From the IMG/VR virus record IMGVR_UViG_3300045988_166360, positions 1-64,000 of that record: DNA of 64,000 bases; one strand, given 5' to 3'. Shown here piece after piece: positions 1 through 10,132 of the stretch. The DNA is from a virus. The notes beneath the pieces are model-generated. The model had not been told where the DNA came from, searched no databases, and saw only the letters and a list, made by a program, of their open reading frames with translations. Position 1 is the first letter of the stretch. Each line of letters begins with the position of its first letter. Both the position numbers and the translations under genes were made by a program.

Positions 1-38
1 GGATACCACGGATACCACGGATACCACGGATACCACGG
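1..38. repeat. Tandem 9-bp repeat (GGATACCAC)x4 at window edge; in frame with the downstream giant ORF it would encode (DTT)n
   Basis: Exact 9-mer periodicity read directly; frame of ORF 71..5806 stays open back to base 2. Confidence 0.9.
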
Positions 39-70
39 TTCCTGTAGCTAAAGAGGAAGCCAATAAGATT

Positions 71-3000
71 GTGGCTCCCGTACAGGAATTCCTGGACACG
101 GGCATGGGGAGACAGGAAGCAGAGGAAACCGTGGATGCCCTGACCGCAGGGACAGCTACGTTTGACCCCAACACGGGGGCCTGGTTAGCCCGCGGCTCCC
201 TTGAACAACGGGCGGAGAAGCTGGTGGTGCTTAATAGCATGACCAGCCCCACGGGACCCGTGGTTACTACGAACACCGGGGAGAGTATTGTCATGACCCC
301 GAACGCCAGTATGTATGCACCGAGTGCCAACCCCAAAGCGGAAGAGGCCCCTACTACCAAATGGGGGAACGCGGTCATGAGCCTGGGCTTGCCTCTGGAT
401 GGAAGCGGAGCCAATGGCATCAGCCTCTTGAATAAGGCAAGCACCCATGCCACCAAAGCTCAACAGAAAGCTATCGAAGGACTGGTGAAAGCCCTTAACG
501 CGGCGGGCCTTGACCTTGCGGTACGCATGAGCACTGCGAAGGACGGCAACCTTGCCCCGGCCATGATTACCTACAACATAGGTTCGGATGGGGAATTGTC
601 AGGTGGGGTTATTGACCTCTTCACCAACAGGGAGAACGCGGTGGAAGGCACTACGGGCACACTCATCCATGAAGCCATCCACCTTCTGGACAGGCATCTC
701 AGGAAGAACAACGCGGATTATGCCCGCGACATGGCCCATCTTCGTTCCGCGGTTGCCAACCGATTTAATGACATTCATGCCATCCTGCGGGAAGCTTATG
801 ACGGCAGTCTTGACCCAAATGAAATGAACGCTATCGCGGCGGTCATGAATGACATTGCCTACGGGCTCAGAGGGGCTGACGAATTTGCTTCTGTAGTGTT
901 CTCCAATCCCGTCATCAATTCCCTCGTGGCAGGCATCACCGGGAAGAACGCAGACATAAACATGCTTTCCCGGTACGCGGAAACCACGGGAGCCAGGAAG
1001 CCAATCCATACCCGCATCATTGACTGGTTGCGTAACTTGTTCCAGGAGATTCGGAATGAAATGAGTGATGCCCCGATACTTGAGGAATCGGAATGGAACG
1101 ATTATGTCCAGCGGGTTGCGGATGTTCGCCCGGACGGAGCATGGTACAGCATCGACCGACCTGAAACCTACGGGGTTAATGTCACAGACTACACCGGGAA
1201 TAAGTTGGGAGAAAACTATTTTAACCCAATGGCTTATGAAGGAGACCTGTCTCAGAAGCTAAGCTTCGGCGTGGCCGCGGAACTTGTGGGTTCAGCCTCC
1301 GGCAACTGGGCGACCGTGATTCGGAACGCATGGTACAGAGCCCGTCAGGATGAACTGGGTCTCAGCATTCCGTCCCCTCAGCAACGGCTGGTGTTGCAGG
1401 AACAAATGGTAAACCTGCAATCCGCGTATGAACGTGTGAATGAACGGTTGGGCAAAGTCAAAGAAGTGCTGAACAACTATGCGGTTTCAAACAACCTGTC
1501 CCCGGAAGCCCAGAAAAAACTGGCAACTTCCATTCTGAATACCGCGGGCAATCTGGACAATGACATTGAACCGGAAACCGTAGCCCGTATCAATAAGGAA
1601 ACCAATGCCGAAATCGCATCCCTTAAAGAAGCCCGCAACTATCGGATTAGCAGGGCCAAACAACATGTGCAGAACGTGGTCAACCGGAACGCTGAACTTG
1701 TCCGTGCGGCCAACCTCATGGCTAACACCAGCGAAGGACGCGCCTCCATCAATGACATGATTCGTTTGCTGAACGAAGTGAGCCGGGAAGGATATTCGGC
1801 CACGGTCAACGCGGAAGCAATGGCTCCCGATATGGACCAAAGGCTCACGGAATCCATGGGTTCCTTGGGTAACTTGGTCCAGAAGTTGGAGAATGAAGCT
1901 CTCGCTTCCCGGTACTATGCCCTGGCCCAAGACACCCGGAGTTACATCCTGAATCAGATAAACGGCGTAGAATCCCCCTTCACTCTGGATGAATTGCAGG
2001 AAGGATGGGAAACCCTGCGTGCCGATTATCTGCGAAAGGAGCTGTCTAAAAATATCAAGATTGCCAACATGCTTCAAAACATTAAGGAAGCAAAGGCTCA
2101 AGCGCGGGAATGGATTAAAGAAGCCAACGCGGAATACGCACAGGCCACGCGCCATTCGGGTGTTAAAGCGGATGGAACTGTAGTAGAACCCGGTATCGTA
2201 TGGAAGAAACGGGATGCCGCCCTGTTGGAAGCCCGAAGGAAGAAGCAGGCTGAATTCATGAAACGCAGAGAGGAAGCAGAAAAATACCTGCAATCCCAGG
2301 GAGTCATTGGAAAGCTTGTGTACAACGCTATTGTCGATGCACGCAAGGAAATCGCAGTCACTCAAAAAGTTATTGCCCAAATCACAGGGGACAGTAAAAT
2401 GGCTGACAATGCCCAGCGCATGGACTACCTGCACCGCACCTACTTTGCAGTCGGGAAATTTGGGCGAGACTATACGAAGGCTATGCGGGATATTATCAAC
2501 AACCCGTTCAGTTATGTGGCCAAAGAATATAAAGGTCTCACTCAACTCCTTAACGAAGCGGCAACCATCCACGCCGAAACTCACCAGCGGAATCTGGCCG
2601 AAGCCGTAAGCGGAGTCATTGACAACATGCAGGCACTTGCAACTCTTCATGATGAGCTGGGGCTTGAGCTGGTTGTGCCTGTGGCCAGAAGCAATTCCAA
2701 CAACAGGCTTCTGTTTAACGGGGTTGAAAAGAGTATGCACAGTGAGAACATTCTGGATTTCATTCATGAAAACTATGGCGAAATCCAGCTTGCCGCTGAC
2801 CTTAAGGACGGAGATAACATGTCGGACATCTACGATAAAGCCATGTCCATGATAGAACAGAGCGACAGGTATACTTCAAGGCGTGTGGCTAAGGTCAAAC
2901 AAAGGCTTCGCACAGAGGCTCAAGACCGCTATCTTGCCAGCCTTCTTCCTGAAGTCCCTGGGGAAACTATCCAGGACAAACTGGGCACCTTTGATTCCGG

Positions 3001-5806
3001 GGATGCCATGGCTCAAAGAATCCATCAGGTCCTTCCTCCGGTTTCAGTCAATGCCGTCAAGCAAATATGGAATGAACCCCATTTAAGCATTGAAGAAAAA
3101 CTGGATAATGTTGTGGACCTTCTCCGGGGGCAGGCTGAAATCCAGATGAACATCAATGGATTGGGCAACGTCATCAATGCCCAGGACCTTCAAGTGTTGG
3201 AGTACCCCAAACTGGCAAACCTGGCTATGGACCGGGCTAAAAAAGCTATTGATGAAGTCCTGTCTAAAAGGCGTAGCCGGGAGGATGTACTTGCCCAACG
3301 GAAACGTGAGCCGGAGTGGAAACGTAAAGCCATGCACGAACTCAGTGATACTACCATTGGTGAAGCTATTGGCGTATTGCAAAACACGGTCTCCCTTCAA
3401 TCCAAACTGGCAGTGAACCAGGCTCTTTCAAATGAGTACGCAACTCTGCTGAAAGACCAGGGGATAGTAGTGCCTGAAGACAGCATCGACCGCAATCCCT
3501 GGATGGAAGAAATCAAACTGAAAAACCAACGGAATGCTCTGAACGGATTATATGCCGCGCCGGAAGTGGTCCAGTCTATTTATAAAATCTACAGGCCAGC
3601 GGATGAAATCATGGAGTCTAATGATGATGCCTATAAGAAAGTACAGGACTACTGGAAACACCTGGGCAGAAGAAACGCGTTCCAGAGGGCATCAAACTAT
3701 GTCAACATGGCTACTCTTATTGCCAACCCTGGCTCCACTTTCCGAAACATGTATGGCACGGCGGCGCAGTTGCTTCATGCAGGTGCCATCCCCATTAAGG
3801 GCATTAAAGAGATTAGCTCCCTGGTGAAAGAGTGGGGCCAAATGCGACTGCTGTACAGGAAAGCTCAGGAAGGAGGCATTGGAGCAGAAGCGTCTGCTCA
3901 AAAGCTTCTTCAAGCCGAAGAAAACTATAACAAAAAACTGCAATACTGGCAGGAAATCGGCTTGCTTGATGCTGGGCAAATGGAGTTCCTTCGGAATGTT
4001 TGGAAACTGGAAGAGTACGCCAAGGTTCAGCAGGAACTGGAATCCGGGGACTTCGAGAATTCTTTCTACAACTTCGTGGAATCCCTAGAGAACAAACGTA
4101 CAGAGGAATCCCTTAAGGAAAAAGCAAAGGCCACAGCCAAGAAAGCAGTTAAGACAGCAGGGGCTCCTATTGACTGGATGAAACTGGCTTATGGCATGCC
4201 GGATGCCGCGGCTAAAATTGCCCTGTTTAGAAACCAGCAGGAGCTGAGCCGCGTGCAGTTAGGTATCCAGCTGGAACGAGCGAAAGCCAGTGACGAACCT
4301 AACGCCAGACAGCAGGCTCTTCTTCGTGCATTCGCGGATGGGAAACAGGCGTGGTCAGCTTATGTGGACAGGCACGCGGCCTCCAAAGTAAAGACCCTGC
4401 TCCCCACTGCAACCCGCACTCCCTCCTGGGTTAAGACGATGGGGGAATGGATGGCTCCTTACTTCATGTTCCAGTATCATACCTTCCAGTCCACTATGTA
4501 CAATGTCGGATATGGAATGGGGGAAATAAATGACGGGGTATGGGCAATCAACCACGGCAAGAAAAAAGAAGGGGCGTACCTTATATCCCGCGGCACCGGG
4601 AGATTCCTGGGTTCCGCGGCGGCCTTACTGGCTGTGCCTGCAATGTCGCGTTGGCTCTGGATTACGGTCCTTCATAATTTACTCGAAGATGACAAAGACA
4701 ATATTCAAGTGATAGATAATGAAACAGTGCTTCGCAAAATGGCTGAGTCAGGACTGTTTCCTACCTATGATAAATTTGGAGACCTGTTAGCCGTGATAGA
4801 CCGAGACAAGAATACCTTCTCGTATTTTAATTTGGACTATGTAAACCCCTTTAAGAACATAGTTAAATCCTTTAGCACGTTATGGAGACTGGCAGTAGAT
4901 TATGATGAGGACCGATGGTCTTCCAACCCCAAGGAAGAACTGCTTAACTTGTTAAAGACTACCGTTCTCGCTCCTTCCATGCTGGGGTCTACTCTGGTTG
5001 CATTGGCTGACGAAGAAAACTATCCTTACCAATATGCCACTGTAGGAGATGAAAATATTAAACCCCTTGAAGGGATTCTTAACGCTGTGGCTATTGCCGC
5101 AGGATTCGCCCCTCAAATGGGAGGGGAACACACCTGGACATTCGCAGAGCGCATGGCCAAAAAAGTAAATGATAACCTGCCGTTCTACAACTGGATAATT
5201 AAATCAGTTAGACAATTCGGTAGCAACTCACCGGACATAAGTGACAGAGCTTACCTTGCTCAAACAATGGGCACAGGCTTACGAAGGCCAATGGATTTAT
5301 CGGATGCCTGGTCCCGTGGTTTAAAGAACGCACAACGTGCGCTCAATGAAACCAAACGCATGTCTATTCTTAAGCCCAACTTCTATTCAAGAATAGATAA
5401 CAATGCCAACGTAGATTCTATTCTGGCAGAAGAACAGGAAGCAATCATCAGCCGCTATGTTGACATGGTAAACGCTTGCCGATTTGTCTATGCTCTAAGC
5501 AAAAGCCCCTCAAAACAAACCCCGGATACTTCTCTGAAAGTAGTTTTAGAGAAGTCAGGTGTAAGTGCCAAACAATTCAACGCGGCTTTGTCAGGGGTAA
5601 TTCCGGGAATAATCAGTAAGGAATCCGCTAAGGAGGCCATCAACCGCCTGAACCTTGAAAAAGAAAAGTCAAACCTTACCGACTCTGGACGAAAGGCCAT
5701 CGAAAAACAAATTGAACTCATTCTTCAGTTCGTGAAGAAGGGTTCCATTGATGTCAATGACAGAGCTCTAAGCCAAAAAGAAATCGAAGGAGCTCTTCAA
5801 CAGTAA
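71..5806 (+). CDS. Giant virion-associated protein (1911 aa), candidate ejected/internal or tape-measure-like protein with zincin-like HExxH motif (IHEAIH about aa 200) and extensive coiled-coil-like low-complexity; 5' end uncertain and may extend upstream of window
   Basis: Single uninterrupted 5.7-kb ORF on the same strand as the structural module; HEAIH motif seen in translation; no upstream in-frame stop in window; GTG at 71 or ATG at 104 are possible starts. Confidence 0.8.
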   Translation: MAPVQEFLDTGMGRQEAEETVDALTAGTATFDPNTGAWLARGSLEQRAEKLVVLNSMTSPTGPVVTTNTGESIVMTPNASMYAPSANPKAEEAPTTKWGNAVMSLGLPLDGSGANGISLLNKASTHATKAQQKAIEGLVKALNAAGLDLAVRMSTAKDGNLAPAMITYNIGSDGELSGGVIDLFTNRENAVEGTTGTLIHEAIHLLDRHLRKNNADYARDMAHLRSAVANRFNDIHAILREAYDGSLDPNEMNAIAAVMNDIAYGLRGADEFASVVFSNPVINSLVAGITGKNADINMLSRYAETTGARKPIHTRIIDWLRNLFQEIRNEMSDAPILEESEWNDYVQRVADVRPDGAWYSIDRPETYGVNVTDYTGNKLGENYFNPMAYEGDLSQKLSFGVAAELVGSASGNWATVIRNAWYRARQDELGLSIPSPQQRLVLQEQMVNLQSAYERVNERLGKVKEVLNNYAVSNNLSPEAQKKLATSILNTAGNLDNDIEPETVARINKETNAEIASLKEARNYRISRAKQHVQNVVNRNAELVRAANLMANTSEGRASINDMIRLLNEVSREGYSATVNAEAMAPDMDQRLTESMGSLGNLVQKLENEALASRYYALAQDTRSYILNQINGVESPFTLDELQEGWETLRADYLRKELSKNIKIANMLQNIKEAKAQAREWIKEANAEYAQATRHSGVKADGTVVEPGIVWKKRDAALLEARRKKQAEFMKRREEAEKYLQSQGVIGKLVYNAIVDARKEIAVTQKVIAQITGDSKMADNAQRMDYLHRTYFAVGKFGRDYTKAMRDIINNPFSYVAKEYKGLTQLLNEAATIHAETHQRNLAEAVSGVIDNMQALATLHDELGLELVVPVARSNSNNRLLFNGVEKSMHSENILDFIHENYGEIQLAADLKDGDNMSDIYDKAMSMIEQSDRYTSRRVAKVKQRLRTEAQDRYLASLLPEVPGETIQDKLGTFDSGDAMAQRIHQVLPPVSVNAVKQIWNEPHLSIEEKLDNVVDLLRGQAEIQMNINGLGNVINAQDLQVLEYPKLANLAMDRAKKAIDEVLSKRRSREDVLAQRKREPEWKRKAMHELSDTTIGEAIGVLQNTVSLQSKLAVNQALSNEYATLLKDQGIVVPEDSIDRNPWMEEIKLKNQRNALNGLYAAPEVVQSIYKIYRPADEIMESNDDAYKKVQDYWKHLGRRNAFQRASNYVNMATLIANPGSTFRNMYGTAAQLLHAGAIPIKGIKEISSLVKEWGQMRLLYRKAQEGGIGAEASAQKLLQAEENYNKKLQYWQEIGLLDAGQMEFLRNVWKLEEYAKVQQELESGDFENSFYNFVESLENKRTEESLKEKAKATAKKAVKTAGAPIDWMKLAYGMPDAAAKIALFRNQQELSRVQLGIQLERAKASDEPNARQQALLRAFADGKQAWSAYVDRHAASKVKTLLPTATRTPSWVKTMGEWMAPYFMFQYHTFQSTMYNVGYGMGEINDGVWAINHGKKKEGAYLISRGTGRFLGSAAALLAVPAMSRWLWITVLHNLLEDDKDNIQVIDNETVLRKMAESGLFPTYDKFGDLLAVIDRDKNTFSYFNLDYVNPFKNIVKSFSTLWRLAVDYDEDRWSSNPKEELLNLLKTTVLAPSMLGSTLVALADEENYPYQYATVGDENIKPLEGILNAVAIAAGFAPQMGGEHTWTFAERMAKKVNDNLPFYNWIIKSVRQFGSNSPDISDRAYLAQTMGTGLRRPMDLSDAWSRGLKNAQRALNETKRMSILKPNFYSRIDNNANVDSILAEEQEAIISRYVDMVNACRFVYALSKSPSKQTPDTSLKVVLEKSGVSAKQFNAALSGVIPGIISKESAKEAINRLNLEKEKSNLTDSGRKAIEKQIELILQFVKKGSIDVNDRALSQKEIEGALQQ

Positions 5807-5833
5807 ACAATATTAAAACCTTGACGTATAGGG

Positions 5834-5869
5834 GGCATGGGGAGTACACTTCCCCATGCCTTCTTTTCG
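5834..5869 (+). terminator. Stem-loop (10-bp stem GGCATGGGGA/TCCCCATGCC) followed by a U-rich tract; either a terminator after the giant gene or a start-codon-sequestering structure for the next ORF
   Basis: Inverted repeat read directly; ATG of ORF 5856 lies inside the 3' arm. Confidence 0.45.
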
Positions 5870-6467
5870 TATCATACCTAACCATGTCAAAGCAACCCCG
5901 CCTGGGGGATGGAAATTTATTGTCCCTGAATCCATGAGTGTTCGGTTGAAAGGTATTAAAATCGAAGGCCCCACACTTGAACAACTTCGAAAGAATGTAA
6001 CCCGGCTGTTCATAAATAACGGAGAACCTTTTCGTAATGAACAGTTTGAAGAAGCCTTGTGCTCCACTCTGCCTTTAGAATATTGCATGACTTGTGGAGA
6101 TAAGGGGATTGAATGGCGAGAATATGAGCCCATGTCCGCACGAAAAGTCCTGGCTTTCTTCGCCACCATGGTGTTATGGTATAGGCAAGGGCACCGATTT
6201 GTAAGCAGTGAAGAGGCCCAACGACGCTATGCTATTTGCAAACAATGCCCACGGGCAACCTCAACACCACCGCCCGGCTTGGACAAAGAAGGATGTGCAA
6301 CATGCGGAGCCGAAGGCGCGGGGAGAAAATTCTTAAAAGAGAAAACACAAAATCTTGTGGACCTTGCCAACGGGGAGCCTCCCTTATACTGCACCTTGTG
6401 TGGCTGTGACCTGACCGTAAAAGCCCACTTTGATATAGACTCTGACTGTTGGAAGAAAAAGCCTTGA
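5856..6467 (+). CDS. Cys-rich protein with four CxxC pairs (putative multi-zinc-ribbon protein); start may be the internal ATG at 5934
   Basis: ORF 203 aa; CMTCG, CKQCP, CATCG, CTLCGC motifs in translation. Confidence 0.55.
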   Translation: MPSFRIIPNHVKATPPGGWKFIVPESMSVRLKGIKIEGPTLEQLRKNVTRLFINNGEPFRNEQFEEALCSTLPLEYCMTCGDKGIEWREYEPMSARKVLAFFATMVLWYRQGHRFVSSEEAQRRYAICKQCPRATSTPPPGLDKEGCATCGAEGAGRKFLKEKTQNLVDLANGEPPLYCTLCGCDLTVKAHFDIDSDCWKKKP

Positions 6468-6483
6468 CAATAATAAACACACA

Positions 6484-6511
6484 AGCCCAGCAGGGAAATC
6501 CCTGCTGGGCT
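6484..6511. terminator. Strong bidirectional hairpin (13-bp stem AGCCCAGCAGGGA/TCCCTGCTGGGCT) between convergent genes
   Basis: Perfect inverted repeat between the stop of 5856..6467 (+) and the stop of 6601..6960 (-). Confidence 0.7.
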
Positions 6512-6600
6512 TGATGCTAAGAACCCAAACACTATAGTCCAAATAAAAAGACTATCGTTGCGGGATTTTTATATCATGTTATTATTTAAAGTGTCAACCT

Positions 6601-6960
6601 TTATTTTACGATATAGTTTTTATCCGTATAATCTTTCTTGAGTTTAGCAAGATGGGATTCGGCCTCTTCCCATTTACTTTTCAATTCCGATACTGTTATT
6701 TCGTACTCATAAATAGCTAAACGAATTGCGTCTTCCGCAGTGAGGAATATATCTTTATTAAAGATACCTGTATCTTGAGTTCGAAAATGATGATTGATAA
6801 AGTGCACTTCAACCTTTTTATTTCCTAAATTGTAGGAGATATAATCTACTTCTACCCCCAGAATGACAGGCCATCCAGCCTGAGATGATTTGATATATGC
6901 TGTACTTCCTTTGTGCAAAGGAATATTTTTGAGCTCTTCGATTTCAAAAGAAGTTTTCAT
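6601..6960 (-). CDS. Hypothetical protein (119 aa), early-block gene
   Basis: ORF in co-oriented minus-strand gene array. Confidence 0.6.
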   Translation of the reverse strand: MKTSFEIEELKNIPLHKGSTAYIKSSQAGWPVILGVEVDYISYNLGNKKVEVHFINHHFRTQDTGIFNKDIFLTAEDAIRLAIYEYEITVSELKSKWEEAESHLAKLKKDYTDKNYIVK

Positions 6961-7018
6961 TGTATTACTTTTTTAAATTTGTTGGTCTTTCCTGGCAACG
7001 CAAGTATAAGGCTAGAGG

Positions 7019-7519
7019 TTATTTAGATTCAAGAGTGGCAACAAGTTGCGTAATCATCCCAATACAAGCCTGCAATTCAGAAGCCGGATTAACGTCCGCT
7101 AATCTATCATGGGTCCAGATATTAAAAAGACGAACCAGTATTCTATCTTCCGCACAGTCTTTATAGCTTTTAGCCATCACCGTGCGTTGAAATTGTTTCA
7201 GAATAAGATGAAGCTCATAAGTTTCAAACACCTTAGCCCAGTTCTTAGAGTGATACTCTAAATACCACCGAGCTTTCTTAAGGTCTTCAACACGCTTCTT
7301 TTTATACCGGGAACGCATCAAATACTTTACGGCATTTCCCAAAGCAAAAGGAAGTTTGCCTGTAATCTCGATAGCTTCAATACCGCTGGGATGAGAAGTA
7401 TAATGAGAAGGATGATTAACCACATCGTTTGATGTATTATCTTTCTCCGGTAAATCTGCAAACGCCCTGGTCTTCACTCTACTAGACACTACGGTATTTA
7501 TTACTTCGTGTTCTTGCAT
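7019..7519 (-). CDS. DUF3310-like phage protein (NHPSHY...GIEAIE...ALGNAVKY motif family)
   Basis: Translation contains HPSHY and downstream conserved segments recalled from the DUF3310 family; recognition from memory only. Confidence 0.5.
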   Translation of the reverse strand: MQEHEVINTVVSSRVKTRAFADLPEKDNTSNDVVNHPSHYTSHPSGIEAIEITGKLPFALGNAVKYLMRSRYKKKRVEDLKKARWYLEYHSKNWAKVFETYELHLILKQFQRTVMAKSYKDCAEDRILVRLFNIWTHDRLADVNPASELQACIGMITQLVATLESK

Positions 7520-8102
7520 TTTGTGTAAGTGATTGATAAATTAAACGTTGTCTATATTTTTGTACAAGATAGTCTGCTTTTAAATAAACTTCGGCTGGGG
7601 GTAAGGCCCGCGGGCCGCGAGTGGTGGACCAATTATAACTGACTCGAACCAAAAACTTAAGAACTTTTTCAGCTATTTTTTTAGCCTCAGAAGAACTGCC
7701 TACCTGAGCAACCGCTACATAAGAAAACAATTGATATTTCGCAGGCCCCCCTACAACATAATAACGATTCTGGTTTTTTTTCCATAAAAGACTTTCTGCT
7801 TTCCTATTTTTAGCATACACGTTTATAAAATCACAAGCAAGGAAGCCTCCATAATCCAACTCCCTTGCACCTAAAGATTTTTTCTCCGAAAGCTTTGTGT
7901 CTTTCCACCTTTCATGTGCAGGCAGATAGCTTTTTAGGTTCTCTAAAAATGCTTCTCTTGCCTTACGTGCGTTTCGTAAATACCTGTACCGGATTAAAGC
8001 ACGGTATCTTGGAGTATCTGGAAAAGTCTTATATAAACCTTCACCGTAATAATATCGAAGAGACATCTTGTAGAATAGCAGGAATATAAATTCGAGAACC
8101 AC
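7482..8102 (-). CDS. Hypothetical basic protein (up to 206 aa; probable start at internal Met, about 8066)
   Basis: ORF overlapping both neighbours; Lys/Arg-rich. Confidence 0.45.
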   Translation of the reverse strand: MVLEFIFLLFYKMSLRYYYGEGLYKTFPDTPRYRALIRYRYLRNARKAREAFLENLKSYLPAHERWKDTKLSEKKSLGARELDYGGFLACDFINVYAKNRKAESLLWKKNQNRYYVVGGPAKYQLFSYVAVAQVGSSSEAKKIAEKVLKFLVRVSYNWSTTRGPRALPPAEVYLKADYLVQKYRQRLIYQSLTQNARTRSNKYRSV

Positions 8103-8730
8103 AGTCGGGGGTATCCTTAAAAGCCCAGGCTAAACCATATTTATCTTCCATACCTTTTCGAAGAGTATGGAAAAGACTTCGAATTTGAGGCTGAGCAGAA
8201 CTGTCCAAACGCATACGGAAGATATGTCTCCACTCCCGGAGGTTGGTAGTCACGGCAATGGTTGTAGCAGTACAGTTAGGGAGAAGACCGCGGGCTTCTT
8301 CAGGCGGCAATCCTTCTTTAATAAGGTTCTCATAAGAATCCACCATTGTCTGACACCTACCCTTGAACAACATGATAGGCGAAAAAGACAAGGAACGGTC
8401 TCCAAAGAACTGAGGCTTAACCAGTTGAATAGTTCCTTTCTTATTATAGTTCACATACCGCTGGGACTCCATGGAGAAAGCGCAGTGGCGGTGACGTACC
8501 AACTGATGGGTCACACTTCTATCTGTAGTCAGAACTGCGGAGATTGTAATATGTTCCAGCACACTTTCATGTCCCCGGTGGAGAATTTTAGACAAGAAAT
8601 CATGAGGGCTTCCTTTAGTCTCACTTTTATAACAAGTGCGCCCTGCTTTTTCTGCCATAGCTACTGCCTCAGAAACTGTCTCCTGACTAAGAGGAAGACG
8701 CACCTGCTGTTCAATCCATTCAATGTTCAT
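8041..8730 (-). CDS. thyX: Flavin-dependent thymidylate synthase ThyX
   Basis: Translation carries the ThyX signature RHRxxxxxxxSxRY (RHRHCAFSMESQRY) and a conserved N-terminal segment. Confidence 0.85.
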   Translation of the reverse strand: MNIEWIEQQVRLPLSQETVSEAVAMAEKAGRTCYKSETKGSPHDFLSKILHRGHESVLEHITISAVLTTDRSVTHQLVRHRHCAFSMESQRYVNYNKKGTIQLVKPQFFGDRSLSFSPIMLFKGRCQTMVDSYENLIKEGLPPEEARGLLPNCTATTIAVTTNLREWRHIFRMRLDSSAQPQIRSLFHTLRKGMEDKYGLAWAFKDTPDCGSRIYIPAILQDVSSILLR

Positions 8731-9016
8731 TGTTGTCTGTTCTGTTTAAGAGTTCTTTAAATCTTTCCTCAGCTTCCACAATGTTAGTGTAAGTCCACCC
8801 ATAACTCCCCCATTCTTCAGGACTGGGCAAATATTCGTCCCCTGCTTTAACTCCTGTGAAGTCATTGTCTTTCAACCGGGTTCGGACAAGAACAACTTCA
8901 TAATTCTTACGTACCCATTCGGGGCAAGTCTGTACATAAAGAGCTACGTTTCTTTTCCTTCTTATCAGAGTAAGTGTAAAGGGTTTTCTAATATATTTGT
9001 CAGGAATCTTTTTCAT
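8720..9016 (-). CDS. Hypothetical protein (98 aa)
   Basis: ORF in array. Confidence 0.55.
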   Translation of the reverse strand: MKKIPDKYIRKPFTLTLIRRKRNVALYVQTCPEWVRKNYEVVLVRTRLKDNDFTGVKAGDEYLPSPEEWGSYGWTYTNIVEAEERFKELLNRTDNNEH

Positions 9017-9045
9017 TTAGTGGTATTGTAAATTAAGTTTTTATG

Positions 9046-9300
9046 TTAATTCAAGCTTGAGGTTTCGTTTGGCTGAGGGATAATACCAGAAGTTACCGCA
9101 ATTTGTATTTCCTCTTTTATAATTTGCTCTAACTGAGAAGAAGGTTCAAATATCAGGTTAGCATAGAAACAACCAACATATCTGTCTATAGACATAGGGA
9201 TACCTTTCTTCTTAGCCGCCTTATAAAAAACGGGGATATACTCTTTGAGAAAACTTCGTACTAATTTTTCATGCTTCTGAATTAAAAATCTCTTCCTCAT
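9046..9300 (-). CDS. Hypothetical small protein (84 aa), paralog of 9330..9572
   Basis: Shared LKxxIPxxYKxAxKKGI...D.Y.G motif and near-identical 3' flank DNA with neighbour. Confidence 0.6.
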   Translation of the reverse strand: MRKRFLIQKHEKLVRSFLKEYIPVFYKAAKKKGIPMSIDRYVGCFYANLIFEPSSQLEQIIKEEIQIAVTSGIIPQPNETSSLN

Positions 9301-9329
9301 TTAATGGTATTATAAATTAAGATTTTATG

Positions 9330-9572
9330 TTAATCCAAGTTTTGAGGTCTTCTTAAAACAATGCCGGGACGTGGGATGTCCATCCTCTCTACTGCCCATT
9401 GGACTTCTTCCCGCACTATAGAATCAATAGCCTGGGCACCAAGTCTACCAACTGCAATCCCAATATAATTGTCCATAGTCAGGTCAATCCCCTTCTTCTG
9501 AGCCCTCTTATACCACAATGGGATATTCTTTTTAAGATAGTGTCGAATTAAATCCTCCTTCATACTTACCAT
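9330..9572 (-). CDS. Hypothetical small protein (80 aa), paralog of 9046..9300 (tandem duplication)
   Basis: Protein and flanking DNA similarity to neighbour. Confidence 0.6.
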   Translation of the reverse strand: MVSMKEDLIRHYLKKNIPLWYKRAQKKGIDLTMDNYIGIAVGRLGAQAIDSIVREEVQWAVERMDIPRPGIVLRRPQNLD

Positions 9573-10132
9573 TGAGTTATCACGGACACATTATGGCCTT
9601 GCCAGTGGTAATGCTTTTCCACCTTGCCCTCTTTATCCCTTGTCACCACGGAAACCGAGGTTCCATCCCCACCCGAGGCGACATCAAGGTCCGATACTTT
9701 GAGACCTTTAAATGTCCCCACGCCTTTACTGCCTACCATTACAGCACACCATTCATATTCGGCATCCACGAAAGCCGGGGAACCCGCGGGTTCACAGGAA
9801 GTAAAACATATAACAGCAACCAGGCCCAACAGGATAGCCAAAACCAACATACTGATTTTATGAGTTAAGTGCTTCATATATTTTCGGTGTCTTCTTCGTT
9901 TAAGTTTGAGTTGTTTTTTAATTCTTTTCCGATTGTTCTTAACCTGAAAGCGCACATTGTCCGGCAGAGGTTTAAGGTAAGGGCGCATCCTTTCCAGCTC
10001 GTAGAAAAACAGGAGAACATACCCGCAGGTAGCGCATACTATTTGTGGGTCAGAACCATCAGTAACCTGATAGGGGGCCCCACATATAGGACATACGAGG
10101 GAATCAGTTGAGGATGATTTTTGACTTGGCAT
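9566..10132 (-). CDS. Zinc-ribbon protein with C-terminal transmembrane helix (188 aa)
   Basis: CPICG...CATCG motif; hydrophobic segment ISMLVLAILLGLVAVICF. Confidence 0.55.
   Translation of the reverse strand: MPSQKSSSTDSLVCPICGAPYQVTDGSDPQIVCATCGYVLLFFYELERMRPYLKPLPDNVRFQVKNNRKRIKKQLKLKRRRHRKYMKHLTHKISMLVLAILLGLVAVICFTSCEPAGSPAFVDAEYEWCAVMVGSKGVGTFKGLKVSDLDVASGGDGTSVSVVTRDKEGKVEKHYHWQGHNVSVITQW

Noticed and set aside
1487-2767. Long antisense ORFs inside well-supported plus-strand genes (e.g. 1487..2767, 23986..24690, 25639..26292, 28342..29151, 31846..32607, 33646..34233, 34276..34995, 38439..40076, 41025..41687, 42121..43302, 60134..60736)
   Set aside because: They lie entirely within longer ORFs on the opposite strand that carry recognisable motifs (polymerase, helicase, terminase) and sit in a tightly coupled co-oriented operon. 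High GC of this arm generates long spurious antisense frames.
71-5806. Virion-packaged RNA polymerase (as in crAss-like phages) inside the giant protein
   Set aside because: No DxDGD-type catalytic motif or other RNAP signature found in the translation. Only an HExxH motif is present.
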